A stretch of 32,988 bases of DNA. It comes from Octopus bimaculoides. Taxonomy: Eukaryota. Both the position numbers and the translations under genes were made by a program. Shown here piece after piece: positions 1 through 11,043 of the stretch. The DNA is taken from NCBI RefSeq assembly GCF_001194135.2, contig NC_068982.1, positions 63,813,088-63,846,075 of the forward strand. Reading direction: 5' to 3'. Within the stretch, counting starts at the first letter, position 1. Every line of letters begins with the position of its first letter. The notes under the pieces were generated by a model. That model was not told where the DNA came from, searched no databases, and saw only the letters and a list, made by a program, of their open reading frames with translations.

Positions 1-218
1 GTGTGTATGTGTGTGTATGCGTGTGTGTTTGTGTATCTGTGTTTGTGTATCTGTGTTTGTCCCCCCAACATCGCTTGACAACCGATGCTGGTGTGTTTAC
101 GTCCCCGTAACTTAGCGGTTCGGCAAAAGAGACGATAGAATAAGTGCTAGTCGATTTGTTCGACTAAAGGCGGTGCTCTAGCATGGCCGCAGTCAAATGA
201 CTGAAACAAGTAAAAGAG
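1..218 (+). mobile_element. SINE family A, 3' half (internal GT microsatellite plus 3' domain)
   Basis: ccccccaacatcgcttgacaaccgatg...cggtgctctagcatggccgcagtcaaatgactgaaacaagtaaaaga recurs as reverse complement at 32783-32988 and 31300-31490. This copy lacks a short internal segment present in the 32.8-kb copy. Confidence 0.8.
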
Positions 219-234
219 TATATCATTATCACTG

Positions 235-246
235 ATATAGATAGAT

Positions 247-314
<68 letters not shown>
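235..314. repeat. (ATAG)n microsatellite
   Basis: Near-perfect tetranucleotide run; it explains the ORFs at 164-349 and 229-420. Confidence 0.95.
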
Positions 315-315
<1 letters not shown>

Positions 316-342
316 TGCATATATACATATATACATGACCCT

Positions 343-540
343 CAACCACGTTCTTCCGGATTCAGTTTCACTGCGAGGCACCTTGAGCAAGTGTCTTCTA
401 GTATAGCCTCGGCCAACCAAAGCCTAATAAGTGGATCTGTCAGATGGAAATTGGAAGAAGCCTTTCGAATATATCTTTATATATCTGTGTAGGTGTCTCT
501 CTGTTTGTGTTTATTTCTCATCACCGTTTCACAACTGTTG
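343..540 (+). mobile_element. SINE family A, degenerate 5' head
   Basis: caaccacgttcttccggattcagtttcactgcgaggcaccttgagcaagtgtcttctagtatagcctcgg aligns with the head at 8971-9095 and with the reverse complement of 31765-31902. Confidence 0.75.
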
Positions 541-658
541 AAGTTTTGAACTTTATTCTCCTTCCTGTATTCTTTTATCTATTGTTTTACTCCTCATTCT
601 TCTATCTACTATTTCATTCCTTTATAAACCGTGAATTCCCTGTCTAGAACTTTCACCT

Positions 659-736
659 TGTCTCTTATGACGGACTACCCAATGTATGAAGATGATAACC
701 TATCGCTTGGGATATCCCAGAAACAGCTGTAAGACA
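659..736 (+). ncRNA. Degenerate type I hammerhead ribozyme motif (PLE type)
   Basis: Stem I tgtct(659-663)/agaca(732-736); core CTTATGA (664-670, one change from CTGATGA); imperfect stem II gga..cccaa/ttggg..tcc; GAAAC(720-724)-agct-GTA(729-731). Confidence 0.55.
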
Positions 737-1406
737 TCCAATAATTAATTAATTAACTAGTTAATTAATTACTTCAAATTCACCTTACTCTAATTCAGTA
801 TTCTAAATGACTTGAGATACTCGTCCTGCCTTGGTTTTTGTTGTCCTGTTCCTCTAATGTGTGTATATATAAGAGTTAAGGAATGGAGTAGATAACATTC
901 AGACTTTATATGTTCCATAGCGAGCGAAACCTCAGAAGTGGTAAATATCTAAGTGAGGTGTATACCGCAGGCTACTCTTCTAAATGAATGTTTACATCAT
1001 CGCAAGGAGGTACATGTTAACACATGGAAGATTCAATCACATGTACCTCCTNNNNNNNNNNNNNNNNNNNNNNNNNNNNNNNNNNNNNNNNNNNNNNNNN
1101 NNNNNNNNNNNNNNNNNNNNNNNNNNNNNNNNNNNNNNNNNNNNNNNNNNNNNNNNNNNNNNNNNNNNNNNNNNNNNNNNNNNNNNNNTATATGTGTATA
1201 TATATACACATATACATATATATATCAGTTAATAAAGTTAAAACATGATCTGGTTTTTACGTTTCTTTTTATTGTTGTATCTTAAAATAATTTTTTTACA
1301 ATGTTGAAGTGTATTAAACATTAAAAATATATTTTGTAATGTTCATAAAGTTCAATCAGTGCTTTCATACATTCGTAATAATCATCAGATTTCGAAATGT
1401 ATTTAA

Positions 1407-1699
1407 CTGTGCACAGTTGTGGAAATTAGCTGCCCAGCGGATGTTAACATAAAGCTGAAGATCAATGAAAAAGAGAACACCTTTGCTGAGCTATTGAGAA
1501 ATCTGCAGTTATTCTATCCAGATTACAAGTTCAGGCTTATACTTGTAATTATTTGGGCCCTGGGATATGTAACACACTGCCTAAATACTAATCTTGAGAA
1601 ATTAGGCTTCTCAAAACCAGGAAGTGGAAAGCTAATTCGAAGACTACAGATCCAATTTATCACTGGAACTGTAAAAATCTATAAAACTTTCCAGAAGTT
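1407..1699 (+). mobile_element. RLE-type non-LTR retrotransposon (R4/Dong-like), C-terminal endonuclease fragment; left half of a split copy
   Basis: CTVVEISCPADVNIKLKINEKENTFAELLRNLQLFYPDYKFRLILVIIWALGYV...QFITGTVKIYKTFQKF resembles the (E)xxxP...EK..Y...IIGALG tail of RLE LINEs. A homologous copy lies at 18372-18660. Confidence 0.75.
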
Positions 1700-2450
1700 C
1701 AATTAAACCTTGGGAGAGGCATTATGCCGGTAATAAACACACGCACTAGTTCAGTCCTTTATTAATTTATATAGTTTTTTGTTAAATTATTTCATTGCAC
1801 TCTTGCAATCTCTTCAGTAACTTGTCTCTCCACTTCCATTTATTTTGAATATATGATCTGGCGTTGTTTTGGCGTTGTTTCGAAACTGTTTGGTATGAAC
1901 ATGTGAGTGTGTGCAAGCTCGTATGTGTGCACGCTCATATGTGTTCACGCACTTATGTGTTCGTGCTTATATGTAAGTATGTGCGTCCATATGTGTGTTT
2001 NNNNNNNNNNNNNNNNNNNNNNNNNNNNNNNNNNNNNNNNNNNNNNNNNNNNNNNNNNNNNNNNNNNNNNNNNNNNNNNNNNNNNNNNNNNNNNNNNNNN
2101 NNNNNNNNNNNNNNNNNNNNNNNNNNNNNNNNNNNNNNNNNNNNNNCGTGTATTTGGTGTTTAAAATTGGTTGCGTTTCAGTTATGAGGACCGACTCCTG
2201 TATTTGTCGCAACGATGCGTCACCGAGGTGTCTAGACAGGATTTCTATGCTAACTCTGTCCAGTACACCACCATGTTGTTCTTTGGCATGCTGGTAGAGC
2301 ACCGAGGTTTGTTTTTGATTATTATAGTCCCTCCAATGTTCAACACGCTCAACCAAACTTCTTGCCGTCTCACCTATGTATGTCGTGTTTCTGTTTTTAC
2401 ACTTACCATCCATACAGCTTATTTTGTAGACTACATTTCTGGCTTTGCAG
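1700..2450 (-). mobile_element. 5'-truncated Penelope-like element: GIY-YIG endonuclease plus 3' UTR
   Basis: 2450-2147 reads CKARNVVYKISCMDGKCKNRNTTYIGETARSLVERVEHWRDY...SVLYQHAKEQHGG...LRQIQESVLITETQPILNTK, a PLE-type GIY-YIG. Extension to 1700 is inferred from the flanking duplication and the hammerhead-like motif at 1781-1821. Confidence 0.8.
1781..1821 (-). ncRNA. Degenerate hammerhead-like motif in the PLE 3' region
   Basis: Minus strand gtta-CTGAAGA-g-attgca-agag-tgcaat-GAAA-taatt-taac: intact core, perfect 6-bp stem II, 4-bp stem I; stem III too short to fold canonically. Confidence 0.5.
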
Positions 2451-2565
2451 AAGTTTATCATTAAAATACATAAGAGCATGTCTAGATATGTAACTATATG
2501 CATGAGAATACTTATATATAAACCATACAAATCTCTACATGCATACATACATACATACATACATA
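2443..2565 (+). mobile_element. RLE LINE 3' end with (CATA)n; right half of the split copy
   Basis: cagaagtttatcatt...gtctagatatgtaactatatgcatgagaatacttata matches 18534-18605, which directly follows the endonuclease coding tail in that copy. Confidence 0.75.
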
Positions 2566-4335
2566 GCTGAATGCTTGTATTCATTGTAGGAAATTTGCAA
2601 TAAATAAATCCTGTATATTTTGCTAGTAATAGTGCTGACTTTTTCAAATTGTAGAACCCTGAATATAACGACAAAGTAATCCATATGTGTGTACTAATTG
2701 TGTGTATGTATGTAAAAGTAACTTTTGCAGCTGCTTCGATATTCGTAGGTATGTGTGTGTGTGTGTGTGCGTGCTACATCAGTATATGTGAAAGTAGTTT
2801 CAAAATCCGTTTTCTCAACGTTATGCCTACTTTTAGGAATGATGTAAAACAGAACACATCATTGTCTATTCTGAATGAGTATTAAAAGACATGTGTGTGA
2901 AACATTTCCATATTGACTGATACAGTATCAAATAGCTATACACCCTACATAATCACAGTTAGTCATCTCAAATATTCAATCACATATAACATCACAACCC
3001 ATCTAAACGGTATTTTAAATTAAAGAACGAAGAATTTTCCAAATGTCCCCACGAAAATAAGTTACATGGTGAATTACAAGAGCCGAATAAACTACAAGTA
3101 ATATACCAGGAGTAAGTAAACACGAATTTATTCGTTGACCTGAATGCTTTCAGTATCTACTTACCCGCGACACTGAACGTAAATAATTCTTTTACTATTT
3201 TCAGTAAATAATCAGGTTGGGGCGTAACTTAGCATAATAGCTGCAATACAATAATAATTAACCTTAACGATAATGTGGGAGTAGGGTTTGTGTGTGTGTG
3301 TGTGTTTATGGGAGAGACTCAACGCGCAGTGTTTTCTGGAAGAGAAGGTATCTATCAATAATAGAACATCACTATTTAGCTTTGTAATGTTGTACCTATC
3401 AACCATTTCAAATATAATTATTTCTCAATGGGTTGTCTACAGTCACAACGTAGCGCCAATGACAAAATTATAAACAGTTAACATCTGTTACCTGAAACCT
3501 TATTGACTAAATTAGCCTTGAATGTATTACAATGGAGACATATTTTAAATAATTGATTTTTAATGAGGAGCTACAAGATGAAAGTTTATTGAAGAGGCAT
3601 TGATGGTTGAACTGACCTTTAGTACTCATTTTATCGGCCCCGAATGACATACAAGGATATTGCAGCAGAGTAAAGTATCGAAATAAAATACTAGAAATAA
3701 TGTATTTCGTCACCCTCCAGGTTATACCTATTCAGCGTTCAGAATTATTTATAGTTCGTAAATGTCCTTGCAGACGTAACGTCAGAATTGGCAGTGGTTG
3801 TGTTTATATTATACCATACAACAGAATGAAAAAAAAATCAGCTTGAATTATTTACAGCCAAACTAAAAGATAATGACATTTATGTAGCATTAAATAGCTG
3901 CATTCTTTTGGTTGATATATGCTATGAAAACATTGAATCGGATGGTAGTGATCTTTTGAATTTCTACACAAAAGAATAATAAGCAAATAATTTAAGCCTC
4001 TTGTCTGTAGTAATTCACCTCCTCATTTTATGCGTATTCTTGTTTTGGGTGGAGGATTCAGTTTCAAACCATCAAACAAGATACATCATTTCTATTTAGT
4101 TTGGCACTCAATCTCTAAGAATTTCTTTTTCAATCTTACCTGGTTTGTTGGCAAGGAAAGTATGTTTTTTTTTCGTCCTTTTCTTTTAATTGATTTTCCT
4201 AAACTCAAATCAAAACGTCATAAACAATTTAGAGTTAGAAACTTAACTGAGAGACCGACACCTTCATCACTCGGTCACTGTGGCCTTATATGCTATTATG
4301 TGTATGTGCCTATGTAGGAAGATACATGTCTGTAT

Positions 4336-4424
4336 ACACACACACGCACGCACACACGCACACACACACACACACGCACACACACACGCACACGCACGCA
4401 CACACACGCACACACACGCACGCA
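4336..4424. repeat. Imperfect (CA)n/(CACG)n microsatellite
   Basis: Direct reading. Confidence 0.9.
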
Positions 4425-4602
4425 CATATATATCCATCTGGAATACATTAAAGTTCAAGCATAATGATCCAACTTCATTCATCAAACACATAGCAGTGTA
4501 ATAACTTCATGAAGCAGCTATGATGCAGAGAGAGGTCTGGCAATATACGGCTTGTTTCAAGAGCTTGTTTCAAGACCTATATTCCTCAATAAAAAAAGCC
4601 TG

Positions 4603-5497
4603 ATTTATATTTTAGTTCAAAATATAGTGGTGAGGAAGTGTACAGGATAAAGGTCGTATATTTTATTGAAGTGGAAAAAGGGAAGAACTTGTAACGGTTA
4701 GTTCTTCGTTGCAGTCGAGGGTCACCAATTGTAACGGTAGTGTTCTTAAGATGTAGGTTGCCAGTGTGCAAGATGGAAGAACAGCGAATGAAGTTGTAAA
4801 GAGATATTTGTTTACCGTTACTTTGCATATATCTAAAACCACGACGTGTTGGTATGTATAACTAGTAAATGGAAAAGCATGTGAGGAAAAAAAGAGTTAA
4901 TTTCGGCCAGAGTGTGTACACGATCTCATAGTAGTATATGTAGAGAGAGATATGGTAATGTTACAGAGAAAAGAAAGTGAGTTAGTGAAAGTGAGAGTGG
5001 TGGGACGAAACAACTGCTTCGTTGGTGAGTTACCATAGTTGACCCTTTGTGCCTTTTCCTTTCGAGACGGCGTTTTGTTCAGCCGGTCAGCTAGACCCCC
5101 TTCTCACTAACTGCTTTGGCTTACGGAGTTCTTGTTTTTATAACTATCCTAACTAGTTAGAAGGATAGATATATTGTTGAGAACAACAGATTTCGTTGGC
5201 GTCTGTTATCTCTATTCTAGCTTTTGGTGGCCTTGAAAAGGTTAGAAGAGTCAAGGGGCAAAGACATTATTCTGCTTAGCGATGGCAAATGTAACTGCTG
5301 CCACTCAGAAAAACTATTGTTTTACCGTGAGAAAAGTCCTGTTGAACTGTTAAGTGAAATTTGGCGATCGAGGATCGAATTCACGCCATGCCTGCATGAA
5401 CCACTACATCTACATTTTAGTCCAAAATATAGAGGTGAGGACGTATACAGGATAAAGGTCGTATATTATATTGAAGAAGGAAAAGGGAAGAACATGT
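4603..5497. repeat. Pair of 90-bp direct repeats (4603-4692 and 5408-5497)
   Basis: Ungapped manual alignment gives 79/90 identities; starts are 805 bp apart. Confidence 0.9.
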
Positions 5498-6344
5498 CCC
5501 AAGAGCGTTTGAAACATAAATAAAAGGGCTTCAACCGAGGTCTCTAACTTTGACGCACGTCACATATTTACACATAGACCTTGAAAGGATTGTAATACAT
5601 TACTGATAATTAACTCATCTATCCCGAGGATAAACTGAGAAGTGAAGTTCGGTGGAACTCGAATCAGGACATAAAGAGCAGTAAATAAACACTACGCTTT
5701 ATATTTTCTGATCAGTTATTTCACCATCCTCAGTATTTCAATTATAATTAATGCTTCATAAGCACTAAATTCTGGATCTATTGGAAACAAGAAATTATAT
5801 CGTACCTCTTTCAAAGTTATTTAAAATGCTCTTGTAAATGCATGACTGTTACAAAGCTCATTTTGTTTTTTGTTGTGTTTTTTTTGTTGTTGTTTTTTTT
5901 TGTTTTCTTTTTGTCATAACTGGCCGTCTTAATAATCAAGATGTTTCAACACTGATTCTCCTTCTTAGAAACCATTAACATTTGTGGGATTTGTGCTGCC
6001 AATGTAGGATTTGCTGTTTAAGTGAATTTAAATTTCAAGAAACAGTAATCACAATCAATTTCATCCGCTAGTTATGCAAACATACTCTTTTCAGTTTTCA
6101 CCTTCGTCGGCCTCCAATAATTTTTCTTGTTTTCACCAGTGTCTTTCACATCACAAAGTTTTACGTATAATAAAAAGTTGAATGTTGTGATATTGACCCA
6201 GTACCATCAATAGTAAAGAAACGACGCTTTGGCTTACAACACAAATCAGGACGGAAAAAATAGCGGATAAAATAGCAGAGAAATCGCCTCCAAAACTACA
6301 CTCAACAATCATAAAAATAAAAGGACACATTGGAAAATGTAATG

Positions 6345-8540
6345 CTAGTTATTTTTATTCTTTCCTGCCTTTAACCCTCCAACGCAGAGTATAGGACACT
6401 TATAATTGAATTCCATGTCACATAATTTTTCGCTTCTGTACTTATACTTTGCCATGAATGTCCCCTTTTCTCTAGTTCCTTTTGTGTTGATCTACGCCAC
6501 GAGTTCTTAGGCCTACCCCTCTTTCTATATCCATCTGGATTCCACTGTAAAGCACTTTTCGCTAGATTTGATGTCTCTTTTCTAATTGGGCTACCAATCC
6601 ACTTCCGCTTTTTCTTAAATATTTGCTCCCTAATCGAAACTTGATTCGTTCTTTGCCATAGCTCCATATTGCATCTGTTGATGAATGATTGTATTTGCTT
6701 ATTTGACTTATTTGCTTATTTGCTTATTTGACTTAAATGTTGTTCGCCATGTCTCAGCCCCATACAATAACACCGCTTTTACGTTAGAGTTAATAATTCT
6801 TATTTTGTTCTTTATTGAAATTACACTTGCGCTCCATACTTTTTTTAACAGATGGAAAGCGGTCCTTGCCTTACTTATTCTCGTCTTAATATCTTCGTCG
6901 GTGCCGCCTGAGAACATTATCTTACTACCTTAATAAGTAAACTCGTCTACATCCTATAGTTCACCAGTTTCTAGTTTAATACGTTCGCTTTTTTCTTCAT
7001 TAACGCTCATAATTTTTGATTTGTCGCGGTTGATTTCAATCCTAGTTTGGCAGTTATTGCTTCTAATTTTGACGTCGTTTTATTTTGCATTTGGCTATGT
7101 TTGTGAAAGTAGCGCTATATCATCTGCAAAGTCGAGATCTTCTAGAACTTCTGTTTGGCTTTCAATCGTAGTTTCCTTCATAATCCAATCTATAACTAGT
7201 AGAAATAAAAAGGGAGAAAGTATACAGCCCTGTCGAACTCCTGTTTTTACTTCGAATTTATCCGTAGCTCCGTTTCCATGCAAGACTCGGCATGACATTC
7301 CTTGGTAAGTTGCTCTTATTATAGATATATACTTGTCTGGTATGCCGTAGTGCTGCATAATTTTCCATAAGCCTTCCCTATCTACACTATCGAATGCTTT
7401 TTTCGAAATCAATAAAGTTAATATAAAGCGGTGCATTCCACTCTGCGCTTTNNNNNNNNNNNNNNNNNNNNNNNNNNNNNNNNNNNNNNNNNNNNNNNNN
7501 NNNNNNNNNNNNNNNNNNNNNNNNNNNNNNNNNNNNNNNNNNNNNNNNNNNNNNNNNNNNNNNNNNNNNNNNNNNNNNNNNNNNNNNNNNNNNNNNNNNN
7601 NNNNNNNNNNNNNNNNNNNNNNNNNNNNNNNNNNNNNNNNNNNNNNNNNNNNNNNNNNNNNNNNNNNNNNNNNNNNNNNNNNNNNNNNNNNNNNNNNNNN
7701 NNNNNNNNNNNNNNNNNNNNNNNNNNNNNNNNNNNNNNNNNNNNNNNNNNNNNNNNNNNNNNNNNNNNNNNNNNNNNNNNNNNNNNNNNNNNNNNNNNNN
7801 NNNNNNNNNNNNNNNNNNNNNNNNNNNNNNNNNNNNNNNNNNNNNNNNNNNNNNNNNNNNNNNNNNNNNNNNNNNNNNNNNNNNNNNNNNNNNNNNNNNN
7901 NNNNNNNNNNNNNNNNNNNNNNNNNNNNNNNNNNNNNNNNNNNNNNNNNNNNNNNNNNNNNNNNNNNNNNNNNNNNNNNNNNNNNNNNNNNNNNNNNNNN
8001 NNNNNNNNNNNNNNNNNNNNNNNNNNNNNNNNNNNNNNNNNNNNNNNNNNNNNNNNNNNNNNNNNNNNNNNNNNNNNNNNNNNNNNNNNNNNNNNNNNNN
8101 NNNNNNNNNNNNNNNNNNNNNNNNNNNNNNNNNNNNNNNNNNNTGTTCTGGCGCTGAGCTGCACGTTCTGCTGTCGTTGCCAAATTTTCGAAATATTTTC
8201 GCTTGTCTCTTCTTAATTGTTTTTTAACTTTCTTATTTTGTTGGTTGTAATTTCCCTGACATCTATTTATCTCTACTTCTAAGCTTGCCGATAGTAATTT
8301 TTCCTTTAGCTTCTTTCTTATTTCTATGGCTGTTAGTGTCTCTTGTGATATCCACGTCTTATTCTTTTTGTTTACACACCCTACGCATTCTTCTAATAAT
8401 GAAATAAAAACATCCTTAATTTTCGACCAAGTATGTTCTATTGTGTTACCTTGCATCCTTTTTACTTGCATTGATTTGCATGATTATGCCTTTCTGTATT
8501 TTATTTGGGTGTCTTCGTGATTTAGTTTTACAGTAATGTA
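6345..8540 (-). mobile_element. RTE-clade LINE, 5'-truncated and frameshifted
   Basis: KKNKTWISQETL; KAFDSVDREGLWKIMQHYGIP; GVRQGCILSPFLF; LDFADDIALLS; LLYGAETW; ALQWNPDGYRKRGRPKNSWRR. The gap at 7452-8143 is internal; several frame changes; no endonuclease domain seen. Confidence 0.92.
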
Positions 8541-8824
8541 AAACAATAAAACCATTGCAAATAAAAAGTAATTTGTTTATACATGGAAAATTTAAATTCT
8601 AACCAGATCAGTGACTCGGCAGCATATTTAATCATCACATATCTACAATCAAGCAGCATCCATCGAAAAGAATAGAGATAACGTTGCATCAAGAGGTATT
8701 CTGTGTGAACAACAGTTATTGATTTTATATGCAGGCTTTGAGTTTAAAAACGTGGAAGATCAGATTAGGTCATTTCCATGCAGTTTTCAGGGATCATATG
8801 ATCTAAAATTCAAGTTTGATTCAC

Positions 8825-8970
8825 AGTCACATACTTCCGGGTTCTGAGGGAACCCTAACCCTTGACAAGTGTATTCTGCAACTGCCCTGGATTGATCAAA
8901 GCCTCGCGAATGGGTTTGGTAGACGGAAACTGAAAATAACACATCGTGTGTGTGTGTGTGTGTGTGTGTG
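8825..8970 (+). mobile_element. SINE family A, degenerate head with GT run
   Basis: ttccgggttctga...ccttgacaagtgtattct...caaagcctcgcgaatgggtttggtagacggaaactgaaa resembles the head of the other copies. Confidence 0.6.
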
Positions 8971-9095
8971 CAGGAGTGGCTGTGAGGTTACTAGCTTGCT
9001 TACCAACCACATGGTCCCGGGTTCAGTCCCACTGCGTGGCACCTTGGGCAAGTGTCATCTACTATAGCCTCGGGCTGACCAAAGCCGTGCGAGTA
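8971..9095 (+). mobile_element. SINE family A, tRNA-derived head
   Basis: A-box-like tggctgtgagg (8977-8987), B-box ggttcagtccc (9020-9030), then accttgggcaagt, which resembles the start of the CORE domain. Confidence 0.85.
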
Positions 9096-9101
9096 CATTG
9101 A

Positions 9102-9625
9102 AATTTAATCATCAATGTACTTTCCCTGATTATCTATCACTTCTTTCCATTTATTTACAAGCTTTTTAATCCCATCAGTGTAAAACTCTTTTGCTTTCAA
9201 AGCGAAGAACTCTGAAATGTCAGTTTCGACATCCTCCTGGCTTGCGAAAGTTGTCTCCCAGATGATTCTGTAAACTACGAAACAAATGGTAGTCTGAAGG
9301 AGCAAGGTCGGGAGAATAAGGCGGATGAGAAATTTTTTTCCCAACCTAGCTCTTCGATCTTCTGTGATGTGGTCTTTGCAGTGTGGGGTCAAGCATTGTC
9401 CTGATGAAACATCGCTCCTTTTCGATTCACTAAAGCGGGTCTTTTTTTCTTCAAAGCTTGCTTCGAACGCTCTAATTACTAACAGTAGACTTGAGCATTG
9501 ATTGTTGCATTAGGTGATAACAATTTAAAGTGAATTACTCCCTTGCAATCCCACCAGATAGAGAAAAGAACCTTTTTCCATGAAATTCCCTTCTTCGTTG
9601 TGGTTGAGCTTTTTCCCTTTTACCT
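9102..9625 (-). mobile_element. Mariner (DD34D) transposase, C-terminal fragment, inactive
   Basis: KKVLFSIWWDCKGVIHF...KRPALVNRKGAMFHQDNA*PH...HPPYSPDLAPSDYHLFRSLQNHL...FYTDGIKKLVNKWKEVIDNQGKYIDD, with stops and a frameshift. Confidence 0.9.
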
Positions 9626-9638
9626 GCGTGGTAAGTCG

Positions 9639-9640
<2 letters not shown>

Positions 9641-9671
<31 letters not shown>

Positions 9672-9751
9672 ATTGAGTGAGAGAGCAGTGCATGCCATCA
9701 AAGTAACACTGGGGTAAAATGTGCTAAAACACAGGGGTAAAATGTGCTAAA
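9641..9751. repeat. (TAT)n run followed by a 23-bp tandem duplication
   Basis: acactggggtaaaatgtgctaaa (9706-9728) and acacaggggtaaaatgtgctaaa (9729-9751). Confidence 0.85.
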
Positions 9752-10652
9752 AACACACGACGAATATAGAGATTCTTAGACAGTTCAAAGAGAATAGACA
9801 ACTATTATTTTTCTCTCAGTATTGTTATTTGAGATTATGTACTTAAATATAAATCATTTTCGTACAGTTAAATAGATGTTGCTCTAGTCATATCAAAATA
9901 TATATGGATGTGTGTGTGCGTGTGTGAGTGTGAGTGTGTGTGTGCGTGCGCGCATGCGTGTACATATATAAACATGCATATATATATATACATATATATA
10001 CATATACACACACATATATATATATACATATATNNNNNNNNNNNNNNNNNNNNNNNNNNNNNNNNNNNNNNNNNNNNNNNNNNNNNNNNNNNNNNNNNNN
10101 NNNNNNNNNNNNNNNNNNNNNNNNNNNNNNNNNNNNNNNNNNNNNNNNNNNNNNNNNNNNNNNNNNNNNNNNNNNNNNNNNNNNNNNNNNNNNNNNNNNN
10201 NNNNNNNNNNNNNNNNNNNNNNNNNNNNNNNNNNNNNNNNNNNNNNNNNNNNNNNNNNNNNNNNNNNNNNNNNNNNNNNNNNNNNNNNNNNNNNNNNNNN
10301 NNNNNNNNNNNNNNNNNNNNNNNNNNNNNNNNNNNNNNNNNNNNNNNNNNNNNNNNNNNNNNNNNNNNNNNNNNNNNNNNNNNNNNNNNNNNNNNNNNNN
10401 NNNNNNNNNNNNNNNNNNNNNNNNNNNNNNNNNNNNNNNNNNNNNNNNNNNNNNNNNNNNNNNNNNNNNNNNNNNNNNNNNNNNNNNNNNNNNNNNNNNN
10501 NNNNNNNNNNNNNNNNNNNNNNNNNNNNNNNNNNNNNNNNNNNNNNNNNNNNNNNNNNNNNNNNNNNNNNNNNNNNNNNNNNNNNNNNNNNNNNNNNNNN
10601 NNNNNNNNNNNNNNNNNNNNNNNNNNNNTATATATATATATATATATATATC

Positions 10653-11043
10653 GTGGAAGTATATTTGCCACCTAAATGTGGCTGATACTTATGGCACGAT
10701 GCTACTGCAGTTTATAGCCCCAAGGAGACATCTCCTCCAGCTGGCTAATTACACAGTGTCTATGCCCTATCAGTATTTGCAAAGGGAATTCATCGTTCCC
10801 ATCTCTAGCCTGACGTGATACGCATGGACCCGGGTTTCTGGTGGTAACCTGTCATCAGCGTGTGGCAATCACCGGCTAGGGATGAGAAGTGATATTTCTA
10901 ATGCAAATATATATGCTTTTTCCAGTGACAAAAAACTCGCTGATCTGATTAACCATGTGGAGGAGTGTCTTCCTGAGGCTATAAACTACAGTAGCATCGT
11001 CCCATATGGATCAGCCACATTTGGGTGGCAAATATACTTCACA
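10653..11043. mobile_element. MITE / foldback element with about 94-bp terminal inverted repeats
   Basis: 10656-10749 versus reverse complement of 10948-11040: about 82/94 identical; about 200-bp non-coding interior; no clear TSD. Confidence 0.8.

Noticed and set aside
1350-1400. Minus-strand CTGATGA...GAAA resembling a hammerhead core
   Set aside because: Only a 3-bp stem II, and no stem I or stem III pairing.
8971-9035. A-box and B-box motifs as a tRNA gene
   Set aside because: No cloverleaf; the sequence continues into SINE body and recurs as a dispersed repeat.
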